A stretch of DNA of 27,804 bases from a virus (Duplodnaviria; Caudoviricetes), in IMG/VR virus record IMGVR_UViG_3300022666_000006, positions 1-27,804 of that record, one strand, 5' to 3'. The notes under the pieces were generated by a model. That model was not told where the DNA came from and did no database searches. It saw only the letters and a list, made by a program, of their open reading frames with translations. This document shows, piece by piece, positions 1-10,700 of the stretch. A program made the translations under genes and the position numbers. Position 1 is the stretch's first letter. Each line of letters begins with the position of its first letter.

Positions 1-2
1 GC

Positions 3-1004
3 ATGAGCGAGTTGAGCACCTACTACCCGACGCTGCTTGACGTAACCAAGGCTACCGGCCCGGACGGAAACATCGTCAAAATGGCCGAGATCCTCAACGA
101 GACCAATCCCATACTTGATGACATGGTATGGAAGGAAGGCAACCTTGCAACCGGTCACCGTGGAGCAATCCGCGCCGGTCTGCCGGATGTCTTCTTCCGC
201 AAGTATTACGGATTCGTCCAGCCGAGCAAGTCCACCGTCGTGAACGTCACCGACAACTGCGGCATGCTCGAAGCCTACGCCACGGTTGACAAGGCGCTGG
301 CCGACCTGAACGGCAACACCGCAGCCTTCCGCACCTCGGAAGACCGGGCGTTCATCGAATCCATGTCGCAGAAATTGGCGACGTATCTGTTCTACGGCAA
401 CGAGTCGACGGAACCCGAGGCTATTACCGGCCTGGCTCCGCGCTACAACAGCCAGTCGGCGGAGAATGCCTGCAACATCATCACCTCTGCGGCCACCCCG
501 GACAACACCGATAATACCTCCATCTGGCTGGTGTGCTGGGGCGATAACGTCCACGGCATCTTCCCCAAGGGGTCCAAGGCTGGCTTGCAGATGGAAGACA
601 AGGGCCAGATCACCCTCCAGTCCACCTCCGGGTTTATGGAGGCCTACCAGACCCATTACCGCTGGGACTGTGGCCTGCACGTCAAGGACTGGCGCTATGT
701 GGTCAGGATCCAGATTGACGAGGAAGACCTGACCTCCAGCGGTGCCACTGGTCCGGCCCTGATCGACCTCATGGCACAGGCAATCGATTTAATCCCGAAC
801 ATCAACGCAGGCCGCCCGGTGTTCTACTGCAACCGGAACGTCCGCTCTTACCTGCGCCGGCAGATCATGAACAAGACGGTCAACTCCACGCTGACCATCG
901 AGCAGATCACCCGGCCCAACGGCGCACTGATCCGCGAACCGATGTTCGACGGCATCCCGGTCCGCCGCTGTGACGCCATCCTGTCCAACGAGACCGGCAT
1001 CTAA
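3..1004 (+). CDS. Major capsid protein (BPP-1 Bbp17/epsilon15 gp7-like, HK97 fold)
   Basis: 333 aa. Motifs PTLLDV, EILNETNPILDDM, EDRAFIESMSQ, FYGN..EPE, YRWDCGLHVKDWRYVVRI and FDGIPVRRCDAI are typical of this capsid family; it is followed by a cement-protein gene. Confidence 0.93.
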   Translation: MSELSTYYPTLLDVTKATGPDGNIVKMAEILNETNPILDDMVWKEGNLATGHRGAIRAGLPDVFFRKYYGFVQPSKSTVVNVTDNCGMLEAYATVDKALADLNGNTAAFRTSEDRAFIESMSQKLATYLFYGNESTEPEAITGLAPRYNSQSAENACNIITSAATPDNTDNTSIWLVCWGDNVHGIFPKGSKAGLQMEDKGQITLQSTSGFMEAYQTHYRWDCGLHVKDWRYVVRIQIDEEDLTSSGATGPALIDLMAQAIDLIPNINAGRPVFYCNRNVRSYLRRQIMNKTVNSTLTIEQITRPNGALIREPMFDGIPVRRCDAILSNETGI

Positions 1005-1015
1005 CCGATAACCTC

Positions 1016-1038
1016 CGGGGGTGATGACCTCACCCCCG
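1016..1038 (+). terminator. GC-rich stem-loop after the capsid gene (weak terminator or mRNA stabiliser)
   Basis: CGGGGGTGA-TGACC-TCACCCCCG is a perfect 9-bp stem, followed by CAACCCTTTT; the U-tract is displaced from the stem. Confidence 0.55.
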
Positions 1039-1062
1039 CAACCCTTTTGAAAGGAGAACAAT

Positions 1063-1530
1063 ATGCTTCTCGACGAGTATAACGAGTTTGCGGATGCGAC
1101 CGCAGTAACCGGCAACGCCGGGACCGCGCTGATCGGCGATGTCATCAACCTGAAGGCTGCCGGGCTGGACGTTGGCAACGGTGAGCCCATCTATGTGGTG
1201 GTCAACGTGGACACCGAGATCATCACCGGGGGCAGCGCCGGGACCATCCAGTTCTTCGTCGCCTCCGACGCGCAGGCTGCCATTGCCACCGACGGGTCCG
1301 CAACCATCCACGCGTCCTCCCCGTCCATCGTGACCGACGGCACCGACGCCAACGGAGCGCTCTGCAAGGCGGGAGCATACCCGATATTCGCCGCGCTCCC
1401 CATCGGGTCTTACGAACAGTATCTCGGCATCCTCTGCACCATCGGCACCACTGCGGTCACCGCGGGCAAGATCAACGCCTTCCTGACCCGCGACCCGAAA
1501 TCCTGGAAAGCCTACCCTGACGGGCTCTGA
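1063..1530 (+). CDS. Bbp16-like capsid cement/decoration protein
   Basis: 155 aa, beta-rich. MLLD..F start, GDVINL...DVGNGEPIYVVV, and C-terminal YLG....TAGKINAFL. AAGGAG RBS; directly after the capsid gene. Confidence 0.85.
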   Translation: MLLDEYNEFADATAVTGNAGTALIGDVINLKAAGLDVGNGEPIYVVVNVDTEIITGGSAGTIQFFVASDAQAAIATDGSATIHASSPSIVTDGTDANGALCKAGAYPIFAALPIGSYEQYLGILCTIGTTAVTAGKINAFLTRDPKSWKAYPDGL

Positions 1531-1543
1531 TAGGGGGTGACAC

Positions 1544-1885
1544 ATGGTAGTCCGCATCATCAAAACCTGTTTCGTCAATGGGGCGCTCCGCTACCCCGGC
1601 AGTCTGGTTGAGTTGAACGAGGGCCAGAAGCCGAGCAAGAAGTGCATGGTCGTTCTCTCCAAGGTGCCGGAAGGCTCCAAGGTGGAGTCGAGCCCCGAAC
1701 CGGCACCCAAGGCCAAGCGGACCAGAAAGGAACTCCAGACCGAGCTTGACCAGGCGGGCGTTGCGTATGACGCCGGGGCCACGGTCAAGGAACTGGAGGA
1801 ACTCCTGCGGCTGGTCAAGGCGGCAGGAACCGGGCTGGTGGTGGAAGGCAAAGAGCCTTTCGCCCCGGATGACGACGTGATTTAG
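1544..1885 (+). CDS. Small virion-module protein with HeH/LEM-like C-terminal domain
   Basis: 113 aa. N-terminal CFVNGALRYPGSLVEL and C-terminal TRKELQTELDQAGVAYDAGATVKELEELL; GGGGGTG RBS. Confidence 0.65.
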   Translation: MVVRIIKTCFVNGALRYPGSLVELNEGQKPSKKCMVVLSKVPEGSKVESSPEPAPKAKRTRKELQTELDQAGVAYDAGATVKELEELLRLVKAAGTGLVVEGKEPFAPDDDVI

Positions 1886-1893
1886 GCATGACG

Positions 1894-1920
1894 GGGGAGG
1901 GGTAACGCCCTCCCCTCTTT
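1894..1920 (+). terminator. Probable intrinsic terminator after the head genes
   Basis: GGGGAGGG-GTAACG-CCCTCCCC followed by TCTTT. Confidence 0.65.
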
Positions 1921-1935
1921 GCATTGGGAGGAAAT

Positions 1936-2535
1936 GTGATCAGCGAGGTCTCAATCTGCAACTTGGCCCTGTTCCGCATCGGGCATACTCAGCGCATCGA
2001 CTCTTTGACCGAGGCAAGCGTGCCTGCCGAACTGTGCAACATCCTCTACCCCATCGTGCGGGACCGCATCATCGAAGCCGGGGACTGGTCGTTTGCCCGA
2101 AAAAGGGTGACGCTTGCCTCTGTGGGCGACCCTCCCGACAACTGGGCGTACCAGTACCAGTATCCCTCAGACTGCGCCAAGGCACGAAGCATCGAGGTTT
2201 CCGGCCTGCGCAATCCCCATTCCGGGCAGCGCATCCCGTTCGAGGTCATGGCCAATACGGTCAACGAGGGGCGCTCGATATGCTGCGACCAGGAGCAGGC
2301 GGTGCTGGTCTACACGGCAGCGGTCACCAATACCGCGCTTTTCGCGCCTGCCTTCGTCAATGCGATAGCCTGGGCGCTGGCGCTGGAGCTGGTAACGCCG
2401 CTGGCAAGGGATGTCAAGTTCGCCTCCCTCGCGGCACAGCAGGCACCTGCGGCCCTGGCCGAGGCGCTGGCGGCAGACATGGCCGAGCGGCGGGAAGACA
2501 GGCCGGTCAGCGAGTTTATCAGCGTGAGGTACTGA
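1936..2535 (+). CDS. Tail tubular protein A / head-tail adaptor (T7 gp11-like)
   Basis: SEVSICNLAL..IG, WSFARKR..LA, W.YQYQYPSDC and F..ALAWALA motifs. GTG start at 1936 chosen because GGAGG lies at 1927-1931. Confidence 0.85.
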   Translation: MISEVSICNLALFRIGHTQRIDSLTEASVPAELCNILYPIVRDRIIEAGDWSFARKRVTLASVGDPPDNWAYQYQYPSDCAKARSIEVSGLRNPHSGQRIPFEVMANTVNEGRSICCDQEQAVLVYTAAVTNTALFAPAFVNAIAWALALELVTPLARDVKFASLAAQQAPAALAEALAADMAERREDRPVSEFISVRY

Positions 2536-2536
2536 C

Positions 2537-5086
2537 ATGGGGACCGGAGTCATTCAACCATCATTCACCGCGGGGGAGCTTTCCCCGTCCATGTATGGGC
2601 GCATCGACTTTGCCCGCTACTATACCGGGCTGAAGACCTGCCGGAACTTCATTGTCAGACAGTACGGCGGCATCGTCAACCGGCCCGGCACCAAGCTTGT
2701 GGCCGAGACCAAGAGTTCTGGTGCGGTGCGGCTGATCCCGTTCCAATTCAATACCGAGCAGGCATACGTCCTGGAGTTCGGGGACCAGTACATGCGGGTC
2801 CACAAGGACGGCGCGACGGTCGTGAAGACCCTGGCCGATACCTCCGCATGGTTGACCGGCACCGCTTATGCCGTGGGCGCGTTCGTCAAGCAGTCCAACG
2901 TGATTTACTACTGCCTGACCGCCCACACGTCCGGCACCTTCGCAACCGATTTGGCCGCCGGCAAGTGGGTGGCGCAGTCCATCTACGAGATCCCGACCCC
3001 TTACCTGCTGGCCGATCTGCCGCTCCTCAAGTACACGCAGAACGCCGACGTGATGACCATCTGCCACACGTCCTACAAAACCCGCGACCTGTCGCGTACC
3101 GGGCATTCGTCCTGGACCCTGACCGAGTTCGTCAACACCGAGGGGCCGTTTGCCGACGCGAACCTGGACCAGACCATCACGGTATACGCCTCGGGCTACA
3201 CCGGGACGGTCACCCTGACCGCCAGCGCGACACTGTTCACCTCGGCCATGATCGGTCAACTGATGCGGATAGAGCAGGCACCGACTACCCCCGTGCGGAA
3301 GTGGGAAACCGCGACCCTGTTCTACCTGAACCAGGAGCGCCAGGCCGGGTCGAACTACTACAAGTGTCTCTCCTTTCCCTATGCGACCAGCGGCACGGTA
3401 CGCCCGTCGGTGCTGGAGGGTCAGGAATACGATGGATCTCCCGGCTGCCTGTGGGAGTACCTGCACTCAGGGTTTGGTATCGTGCAGATCACGGCAGTGG
3501 CGAGCGGCACCAGCGCCACGGCGACAGTATTGAAGCGACTCCCCACGGGCTTGGTATCGGTCACCATGACCATGAACATTACCGGCATCGTGGACAACGG
3601 CGAAACGACCCACTACTGCCGGGTGACCGCGGCGGGCCATCCCTTCGCCGTGGGAAATATCGTGACCATTGCAAACGTGGTCGGCACGACCGAGGCTAAC
3701 GGCACCTGGACCGTCTCGGCGGTTAACTCCAATACCTTCGAGATCCCCGTGGTGTTCGTTAATGCCTATGTCTCGGGCGGTACGGCAGTCAGGACCGACA
3801 GCTCAATCCCGTCCTACAAGTGGGCGCTGGAGGCATGGGGTGGCGCGAACCTGTATCCCGGATGCGTCACCTACTACCAGCAACGGCAGATCTTCGGCGG
3901 CTCCTATGGATTTCCCCAGGATGTGTGGATGTCAACCGTGTCCGGCTTCAAGGCATTTACCCGCGACGTGCCGGTCATCGACGATAACGCCATCTCGCTG
4001 CGTATTGTCTCCCGCGAGGTCAACGAGATACGTCATTTCGTGGACATCAAGAACCTGATCGCCCTGACCTCTGGCGGCCCCTTTGTCCTGAGTGGCAACG
4101 AACAGACCGTGCTGACCCCCACCACGACCCGCGCCGAACGGCAGGAAGGCTATGGCTGTTCCCATGTGCGCCCGCTGGTGGTCGGCAAGCAGACCCTCTA
4201 CCTTCAGGAGAAGGGCGGCAAGGTGCGGAGCCTGGGCTACTCCTTCGCGGATGATTCCTTTGTCGGGTCGGACCTGACCATCCTCGCCTCGCACCTGTTC
4301 AACGGCTACACCATCGTGGACTGGGCGTTCCAGGAGGCACCGTTCTCCTGCATCTGGGCGGTGCGGGATGATGGGTCACTGCTCGGTTTCACCTATCTCC
4401 CGGAGCATGAGGTGGCAGCCTGGCACCGGCACGACACCGACGGGGACATAGAGAGCGTGTGCGTCATCTCCGAAGACGATGTTGACGCCGTCTACCTGTG
4501 CGTGGAGCGCACCATTGGGGAGACCACCAAGCGGTTCATTGAACGGATGGATGACCGGGACTGGACCGACATCGAGGACGCCTTTTTTGTCGACTGCGGG
4601 CTGTCCTACTCGGGAGCGCCGGCAACCGTCATCTCTGGCCTCGACCACCTGGAAGGCGAGACGGTCAGTATCTTGGCGGACGGGCATGTGCATCCGCAGC
4701 AGGTGGTGACCTCCGGGTCCATTACGCTCCAGCATTCGGCCTCAAAGGTCCATGTGGGCCTGCCCTACGTCAGCGACATGGAGACGCTGGAGATCAATTC
4801 ATCCGGGTCCAACCTGCTCGACCGAACGAAACTTATCAACCATGTCGGTTTTATGGTCGAAGACACCGTGACCGTGTTTGCCGGGCCTGACGCCAGTAAC
4901 CTGCGCGAGTACAAGGGGCGCAGCATCGAGGCATACGGCGAGCCCAACGCGCTCAAGGACGGGCTGATGGAGATACCCATCGTGGCGACCTGGAGCAAGC
5001 AGGGGCGGGTGTTCGTGCGGAACTCGGACCCGCTACCCATCACGATACTGGCAATCATCCCGGACCTTACGGCAGGTGGGCGATGA
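2537..5086 (+). CDS. Tail tubular protein B / nozzle (T7 gp12-like) with inserted accessory domains
   Basis: 849 aa. QPSFTAGELSP..GR.D..Y, NRPGT, RLIPFQF, EFGDQYMR, DLTILASHL, AWHRHDTDG and FFVDCGL..GLDHLEG motifs. Confidence 0.9.
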   Translation: MGTGVIQPSFTAGELSPSMYGRIDFARYYTGLKTCRNFIVRQYGGIVNRPGTKLVAETKSSGAVRLIPFQFNTEQAYVLEFGDQYMRVHKDGATVVKTLADTSAWLTGTAYAVGAFVKQSNVIYYCLTAHTSGTFATDLAAGKWVAQSIYEIPTPYLLADLPLLKYTQNADVMTICHTSYKTRDLSRTGHSSWTLTEFVNTEGPFADANLDQTITVYASGYTGTVTLTASATLFTSAMIGQLMRIEQAPTTPVRKWETATLFYLNQERQAGSNYYKCLSFPYATSGTVRPSVLEGQEYDGSPGCLWEYLHSGFGIVQITAVASGTSATATVLKRLPTGLVSVTMTMNITGIVDNGETTHYCRVTAAGHPFAVGNIVTIANVVGTTEANGTWTVSAVNSNTFEIPVVFVNAYVSGGTAVRTDSSIPSYKWALEAWGGANLYPGCVTYYQQRQIFGGSYGFPQDVWMSTVSGFKAFTRDVPVIDDNAISLRIVSREVNEIRHFVDIKNLIALTSGGPFVLSGNEQTVLTPTTTRAERQEGYGCSHVRPLVVGKQTLYLQEKGGKVRSLGYSFADDSFVGSDLTILASHLFNGYTIVDWAFQEAPFSCIWAVRDDGSLLGFTYLPEHEVAAWHRHDTDGDIESVCVISEDDVDAVYLCVERTIGETTKRFIERMDDRDWTDIEDAFFVDCGLSYSGAPATVISGLDHLEGETVSILADGHVHPQQVVTSGSITLQHSASKVHVGLPYVSDMETLEINSSGSNLLDRTKLINHVGFMVEDTVTVFAGPDASNLREYKGRSIEAYGEPNALKDGLMEIPIVATWSKQGRVFVRNSDPLPITILAIIPDLTAGGR

Positions 5087-5556
5087 GGGATGTCCGGGTG
5101 GTCATGGCGCTGCCCTGCCACATCGACAGGATAGCCGACAACGTGCGCGAGCCTGACCGGGCGGAGTTGTGGGCCGCTGCCTGCAAGACGCCGAAGGAAG
5201 TGCTTGAGAGCGCCATTGAGAACTGTTCGGCATCATGGACCGGCTTTGTGGACGGCATCCCGATTTGCATGTTCGGCGTGACCGGGGGCGATCCTCTCTC
5301 GGGCGTCGGTATCCCGTGGATGGTTGGGACGCACCACCTCGACCGGATGGCGCACCTGTTCCTGCGGCGCTGTCGTGAGCAGGTCCAGGCCATGAGCGAG
5401 GCATACCCGCTGCTCAGAAACTACATTGACAACCGCAACGGCAGGGCTATCCGCTGGCTTGAGTGGCTCGGGTTCGAAATGGGGGTTCCGGTTCCCTATG
5501 GACCCTTCAAGGCGCTGTTTCGGGGCTTTCAGATGGTAAGGAGGAATCATGTGTGA
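5083..5556 (+). CDS. GNAT-fold internal virion-associated protein (T7 gp13-like)
   Basis: 157 aa. RE.DRAE, CMFGV, GIPWMVGT and L.NYIDNRN..AIRWLEWLGF motifs; ATGA overlap with the nozzle gene. Confidence 0.8.
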   Translation: MRDVRVVMALPCHIDRIADNVREPDRAELWAAACKTPKEVLESAIENCSASWTGFVDGIPICMFGVTGGDPLSGVGIPWMVGTHHLDRMAHLFLRRCREQVQAMSEAYPLLRNYIDNRNGRAIRWLEWLGFEMGVPVPYGPFKALFRGFQMVRRNHV

Positions 5557-6016
5557 TTGGGGCATATCGGCGGCGATAACGTCCATCGTGGCGGCGGGAA
5601 CGTCGGCTTACGCCAGTTACGAGTCAGGGCAGTCGCAAAAGAAGGCGGCAGAGTACAACGCCGAGATGCAGACTCGCGCGGCGAAGCAGGAGATCCAGCA
5701 GGGCAACATCAAGGCAACCGAGATGCGGGACCGGGCGCGGAAGATAGCCGGGACGCAGGCGGCTGGATTCGGGGCGGCTGGCCTCGACACGACCAGCGGG
5801 ACCGCTTCCGACATCCTGGACGAAAGCCGGATGTTCGGGGAACTGGACGCCCTCCGCGCCATCAACAACGCCCAGCGCAGCGCGTCGGGGCTCAAGGCCC
5901 AGTCTGAGCTTGACCTGTGGCAGGGACACGCGGCGGCGAGGGCTGGGACAATGCAGGCTGCCGGGTCACTCCTATCCGGGGCGAGCAATGCGTACAGAAC
6001 CTACAAACTCTTCTAG
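5549..6016 (+). CDS. Internal virion (ejection) protein, T7 gp14-like
   Basis: 155 aa. Starts MCD, has a hydrophobic Ala/Gly N-terminus and the Q.A.FGA.G.D..SGT..DI motif; position matches the usual gene order. Confidence 0.8.
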   Translation: MCDWGISAAITSIVAAGTSAYASYESGQSQKKAAEYNAEMQTRAAKQEIQQGNIKATEMRDRARKIAGTQAAGFGAAGLDTTSGTASDILDESRMFGELDALRAINNAQRSASGLKAQSELDLWQGHAAARAGTMQAAGSLLSGASNAYRTYKLF

Positions 6017-6028
6017 CAGGGGTATCCC

Positions 6029-7720
6029 ATGCCGATAACCATACCGAGATACAGCGAAGCACAGGTTGACCCGAACAGCGAACCGCTGCCGCGGGCGCAT
6101 GGTCTATCCCCCGAGGCGTTTGGCGCTGGCCTGGCGCGGGGCTTGGGGCAGACTGCTGGGGTGATGGATGACCTGGCGAAAAAAGCCGTGGCGGATGCCA
6201 ACACCGCGGCAACGCTCAATGCCCGGAACTTCCTTTTTCAGGTCGAGAGCGACACGTTGTATGGGGACAACTCCAAGCCGGGCCAGGGCGTCCTGAAGAA
6301 AAAGGGACTCGCGGCGGCGCAGGATGAGCAGTTTGCGCTGAACAACTACAAGAAGCAGGTTGAAGAGTACGAGAAGACCCTGGGGAACGACGATCAGAAG
6401 CTGGTGTTTCGCACAATGGCCGGCGAACGCGGCATCTCCATACAGCGGATGCTGGCGCAGCACTCCCGCAAGGAGATGGACTGGCACCAGGACGAGACGC
6501 TGAAGGCTACCGAGGAGACCTCGCGGGACCGCATCAGCATGCTCTATAACCAACCGGACGAGGTAGACCGGGAGATCGCAATCATCAAGTTCGCCCGCAA
6601 CAAGCGGCTGGACGATATGGGCGTGGGCAACGACCCGGAGTCGGCGGTCATACGCGCAAACTACCTGAAGGACGGGGAGAGCAAGGCGCTTGGTGCCGTA
6701 GTGGACTCCTATATGAAGGCGGGCGGGTACAAGGCGGCAACTGATTTTCTGGAGAAGAACAAGGACCGCTTCCACGGGGACGATTACGACAAGCGGATGG
6801 GGCAGATCCGCCCGCTGGCGGATGCGCAGACCGGCGGAGACGTGGCGAAGGAGATATTCGACCTCAACCCCGACGGCAAGATAACGGACAGCATGTCCGT
6901 CCTGCGGGAGCGGCTCAAGGACAACCCGGCAGCAAAGAAGCACGGGGAAGCCGAGTTAAAGGCAATGTATGTCGAGCGCGAAACCGCGAGGAAGCAGGAG
7001 GCAGACGAGGCCGAAAATGCCGTCTACGCTCGGCTGGTCACCGGACAACGCCCGACTGCCGAGGAATGGAGCAGGCTTGCCAAGGCCGATCCCAAGCGGA
7101 TTGACAAGATCCAGGATGAGATGCGGCGAGAGCAGGAGCGGGCCGAGGACCGGCGAGAGCGGGAACTGGACCGGGCAGAGCGCAGGGCCGACCGAGCCGA
7201 GAGGCGGGCCGACCGGGACAACGGCAACCAGTTGATGAACTGGTCGAACCTGGTACAAGACCCTGCCAGCCTGAAAGGTGCCAACCTTGACAGGCTTTAC
7301 TATACCGGCGCACTGAGCAAGCAGGGATATGCGGACCTCTCCCGGCGGCGCTCCGAACTGATCAACAGCCCGGAGAAAGAGAACTGGGCCAGGAGCAAGT
7401 CCGAAGTGGTCAACGACATATTCCGGGCGGCGGGCATCAAGGATAAAACAGGAGCCCACGCCAAGGCATGGGAGTTTGTGGAGAATTCTACCGACCGGAT
7501 ACTGAAGAACCCGACGATGGAGGACTACAAGCGGGCGGCGCGGGAGGCGGTCTACAAGGTGCCGGGGACCGGGGAGCAGTTCTACAACCTGACGATTGAC
7601 GATGTGCCGGCAGCAGAGCGGGGCAACATCACTAAGGCGTTTCAGAAGCGTTTCGGCAGGGCTCCGACCAGCCCCGAAATTGCCTACTACTACGGGAAAA
7701 TGACGATGGGGAGAAAATAA
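6029..7720 (+). CDS. Internal virion (ejection) protein, T7 gp15-like
   Basis: 563 aa, helical and charged. MP..IP.Y start and the 'AFGAGLARGL' segment are typical of BPP-1-like ejection proteins; position between gp14-like and gp16-like genes. Confidence 0.7.
   Translation: MPITIPRYSEAQVDPNSEPLPRAHGLSPEAFGAGLARGLGQTAGVMDDLAKKAVADANTAATLNARNFLFQVESDTLYGDNSKPGQGVLKKKGLAAAQDEQFALNNYKKQVEEYEKTLGNDDQKLVFRTMAGERGISIQRMLAQHSRKEMDWHQDETLKATEETSRDRISMLYNQPDEVDREIAIIKFARNKRLDDMGVGNDPESAVIRANYLKDGESKALGAVVDSYMKAGGYKAATDFLEKNKDRFHGDDYDKRMGQIRPLADAQTGGDVAKEIFDLNPDGKITDSMSVLRERLKDNPAAKKHGEAELKAMYVERETARKQEADEAENAVYARLVTGQRPTAEEWSRLAKADPKRIDKIQDEMRREQERAEDRRERELDRAERRADRAERRADRDNGNQLMNWSNLVQDPASLKGANLDRLYYTGALSKQGYADLSRRRSELINSPEKENWARSKSEVVNDIFRAAGIKDKTGAHAKAWEFVENSTDRILKNPTMEDYKRAAREAVYKVPGTGEQFYNLTIDDVPAAERGNITKAFQKRFGRAPTSPEIAYYYGKMTMGRK
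7129..7218 (+). repeat. E/R/D-rich coding repeat (approx. ERAEDRRERELDRAERRADRAERRADRD)
   Basis: Imperfect 21-nt/7-aa repeats such as GACCGGGCAGAGCGCAGGGCC and GACCGAGCCGAGAGGCGGGCC. Confidence 0.6.
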
Positions 7721-10700
7721 TGGCGTCTGTTGACGATTACCTTGGAGTTATAGATAGCGACTCAAGCGACCGGCGCACCAGGCTGAAGTCCTCGCTTTAC
7801 TCGGCCGCCGATTCCTCGCCTGACGCCGAGTCCGCGCTGGTGAAGATCTCCCGGCGTTCCGGCATCCCGGTCGAGGCACTCAGACTGGACAACGGCCAGG
7901 AGGCAAAACGCCGGATTGCCGCCGAGGACGCCGACCACCTTATCGACAATGCTCCAGCAACCGCCGACCTCCTCTCCGACCCGGAGACGGCAAAGGCGTT
8001 GTGGGATGATGCTCAGGCATTGGTGGGCGTTGAGGATGTGTTCAAGGTGAAGCCGGTCAACCCTATGAGCATCGCATCACCAAACGACCGCAGCGCCGCA
8101 AAACGTGCTCCGGGCGTCATGCGGGCGCTGTGGGAAGGTGCGAAGGCGTCCCCCGAGCTGGTCAATCAGTCGCTGGCGAGGACCGGCCAGGCTGTTGCCG
8201 AGTTCGTTGATTGGTCATTGCAGGTATTCCCCGACGATACCGGAGTGCGGAAGCGTGTATCCGAGATTGCCAAGGACAGCGCCGACTATTGGAAGCGGGC
8301 GGCAAAGGCGAAGATGGGAACCTACGCCCCCGGTAGCGCCGAATCTTACGCGCAGCAGGCCGGGTCCAGTATCGGCACGTCGGCACTCGCGGCACCCTTC
8401 GGCATGGGCGGGGAGAATGCGGCCCTCGCCATGTTCGGGCTGTTTGCAGATGGCGGCTACCAGGAGATGCGGGATGCCGGATACAACCCCTTGGCGGCTG
8501 GCGCGGTGGACGTATCGAACCGCATCATGGAAGGCTTGACCGAGAAGATCGGCCTTGACCGCATCTACAAGGGCGGCGATGACGTGCTCAAGACTGCCAT
8601 CAAGTTCACGCTTGGGGATCTCGGCGGCGAAGAGATCAACACCATCTACAACGCCATATCGGACAAGGTGAACTTGAAGCCTGACATGACCTGGGGAGAC
8701 CTGGCGCAGCAGGTGCTCGACACGGCCATCGTGACCGGCATAGCCGGGCCTTTGCAAGGTGCCAGCATGTCCGGGGCGGCCAGGGTGTCCGAATCCCTCT
8801 ATTCAGCATACGAGCGCCGGAACGCCATCAAGCAGCAAACCGACTTCCTCACTGCCTTGGGCGATTCCGTCAAGTCAACCAAGAGTTTTGAGCGACTCCC
8901 CGAGAAGGTGCAGGAGTTGGTAAAACGCCTCAAGGAGCAGGCAGGCGGCAGCGTGGATAACGTCTACATCCCTGCGGATCGCTGGTCGATGCTCTGGCAG
9001 GACGCCAACCTGGACCCCGGCGACGTGGCCGAGGAAATCCTGGGCGACCGGCAGCAGTACCAGGAGGCTGTGGCCGCGAATAGCGACATCGTTATCCCGC
9101 TGGAGAACTTCATCAAGCTGGCCGGGACGGACAATTACAACGAGATCCTGAACGACGTGCGGCTGAATCCCGGCGAGATGACGCCACGGGAACATGCCGA
9201 GTGGACGCAGAACATGGACGCCGAGGTGGAGCGCATCCTGGCCGAAGCGCAGGGCGAGGAAGCGGCGGCGGCTCCCGATAGACAGGTCTATGATGACGTG
9301 CTGGGCCAACTCATCGCCATCGGCACCGAAAGGGGTACGGCGGAGAAGCAGGCGGCATTGTGGCAGGCTACCATGCGGACACTGGCGGCCAGGGCCGGCA
9401 CGGACGCCATGACTCTGTTCCGGCAGTACGCACCGACCGTGACCCGGCCATTGCCCGACGTGCTGGCAAAACGTGTCAGCGTGGACATGCAGATCGACCC
9501 GCTGATTGACCGGCTCCGCGCTGGCGACCTAGGGGCGAAGGAAGCCGACATATTCGGGCCGTCGCTTATCGAGTTCATCCGGTCCAAAGGCGGGCTGAAG
9601 GATTCGGGGGGCGAACTCAAGAGCCGGGACGCTGGCAAGGGTATCGTGCGCAAGAACGGCATGGAACTCGACCGGGCGAGGGAAGCGGCTGTTGAGTCTG
9701 GCTACCTGCCGGAAGACGCGACCATCTCCGACTTCCTGGATGCCCTGGACGCGGAGTTACGCGGCAAGCCGAGGTATTCCCCCGGCAACCAGAACAACGC
9801 CCTTCTTGAGGAGCGGGAGACGCTCCAGCAGTTCAAGGACTTTCTCGACCAGAACGGTATTGACCTGGAGGGGATGAGTAACGAGGAAGTGCGGAAGGTG
9901 CTGGGGCAGGGGGCTACGCAGGGTGCGATGTGGCAGTACCCGGCGATATCCCCCGAAGACGCCAAAGTTGCCAAGCAGCAGGTAGTGGCGGCGCTGGCGA
10001 CGGTTGCCCCTGAATCGACTCGCGCCATGCAGCTTGAGATTATGCTGGGGCAGTACAATGCGATAATCGACGGTGGCGCGAGTTATGCGGATTTTCAGCC
10101 GGCTGCGTTATTTCAATCTGCCTGGCACGGCAGCCCCCACACATTCGGCAAATTCTCACTGGACGCCATCGGCACCGGGGAAGGAGCGCAGGCTTACGGT
10201 TACGGGCTCTATTTCGCTGGTAGCAAGGAGGTAGCGGAGTGGTATAAAGAGAAGCTTTCACGTGACGACGGGACTATTGTTCGTCGGCTGCTAGACGCGA
10301 TTAATAACGCGGGCGTTAGTACCAGCACCCTTCCGATGGAGGCCTTTTACCTATTCGCGGCGGAATACGCTTACAACAAGGGCGACATGGCCGCGACTCT
10401 TAAAAACGCGAGTAAGACCATTCGGATGTATGAATCCGACGGCCAGCATGAAGAAGCCAGCGACCTTAGCGCCGTCAAAGACGCCGTTGAGAGCGCTGCC
10501 GCGAACGGCGCGGATTTCCCAACCGTTTCAGCGGGCCGCCTCTACAAAGTGGAGCTGGCCCCCGAGGAAGACGAATACCTGCTCTGGGATAAGCCCCTGA
10601 GTGAGCAGAGCGAGAAGGTGAAGGCGGCCATCTCTGATGATAAGAAGCTTGATGAGTGGTTCAATAGTCAGAAAAGAAGAGACGCTGGAGTGAAATTAAG

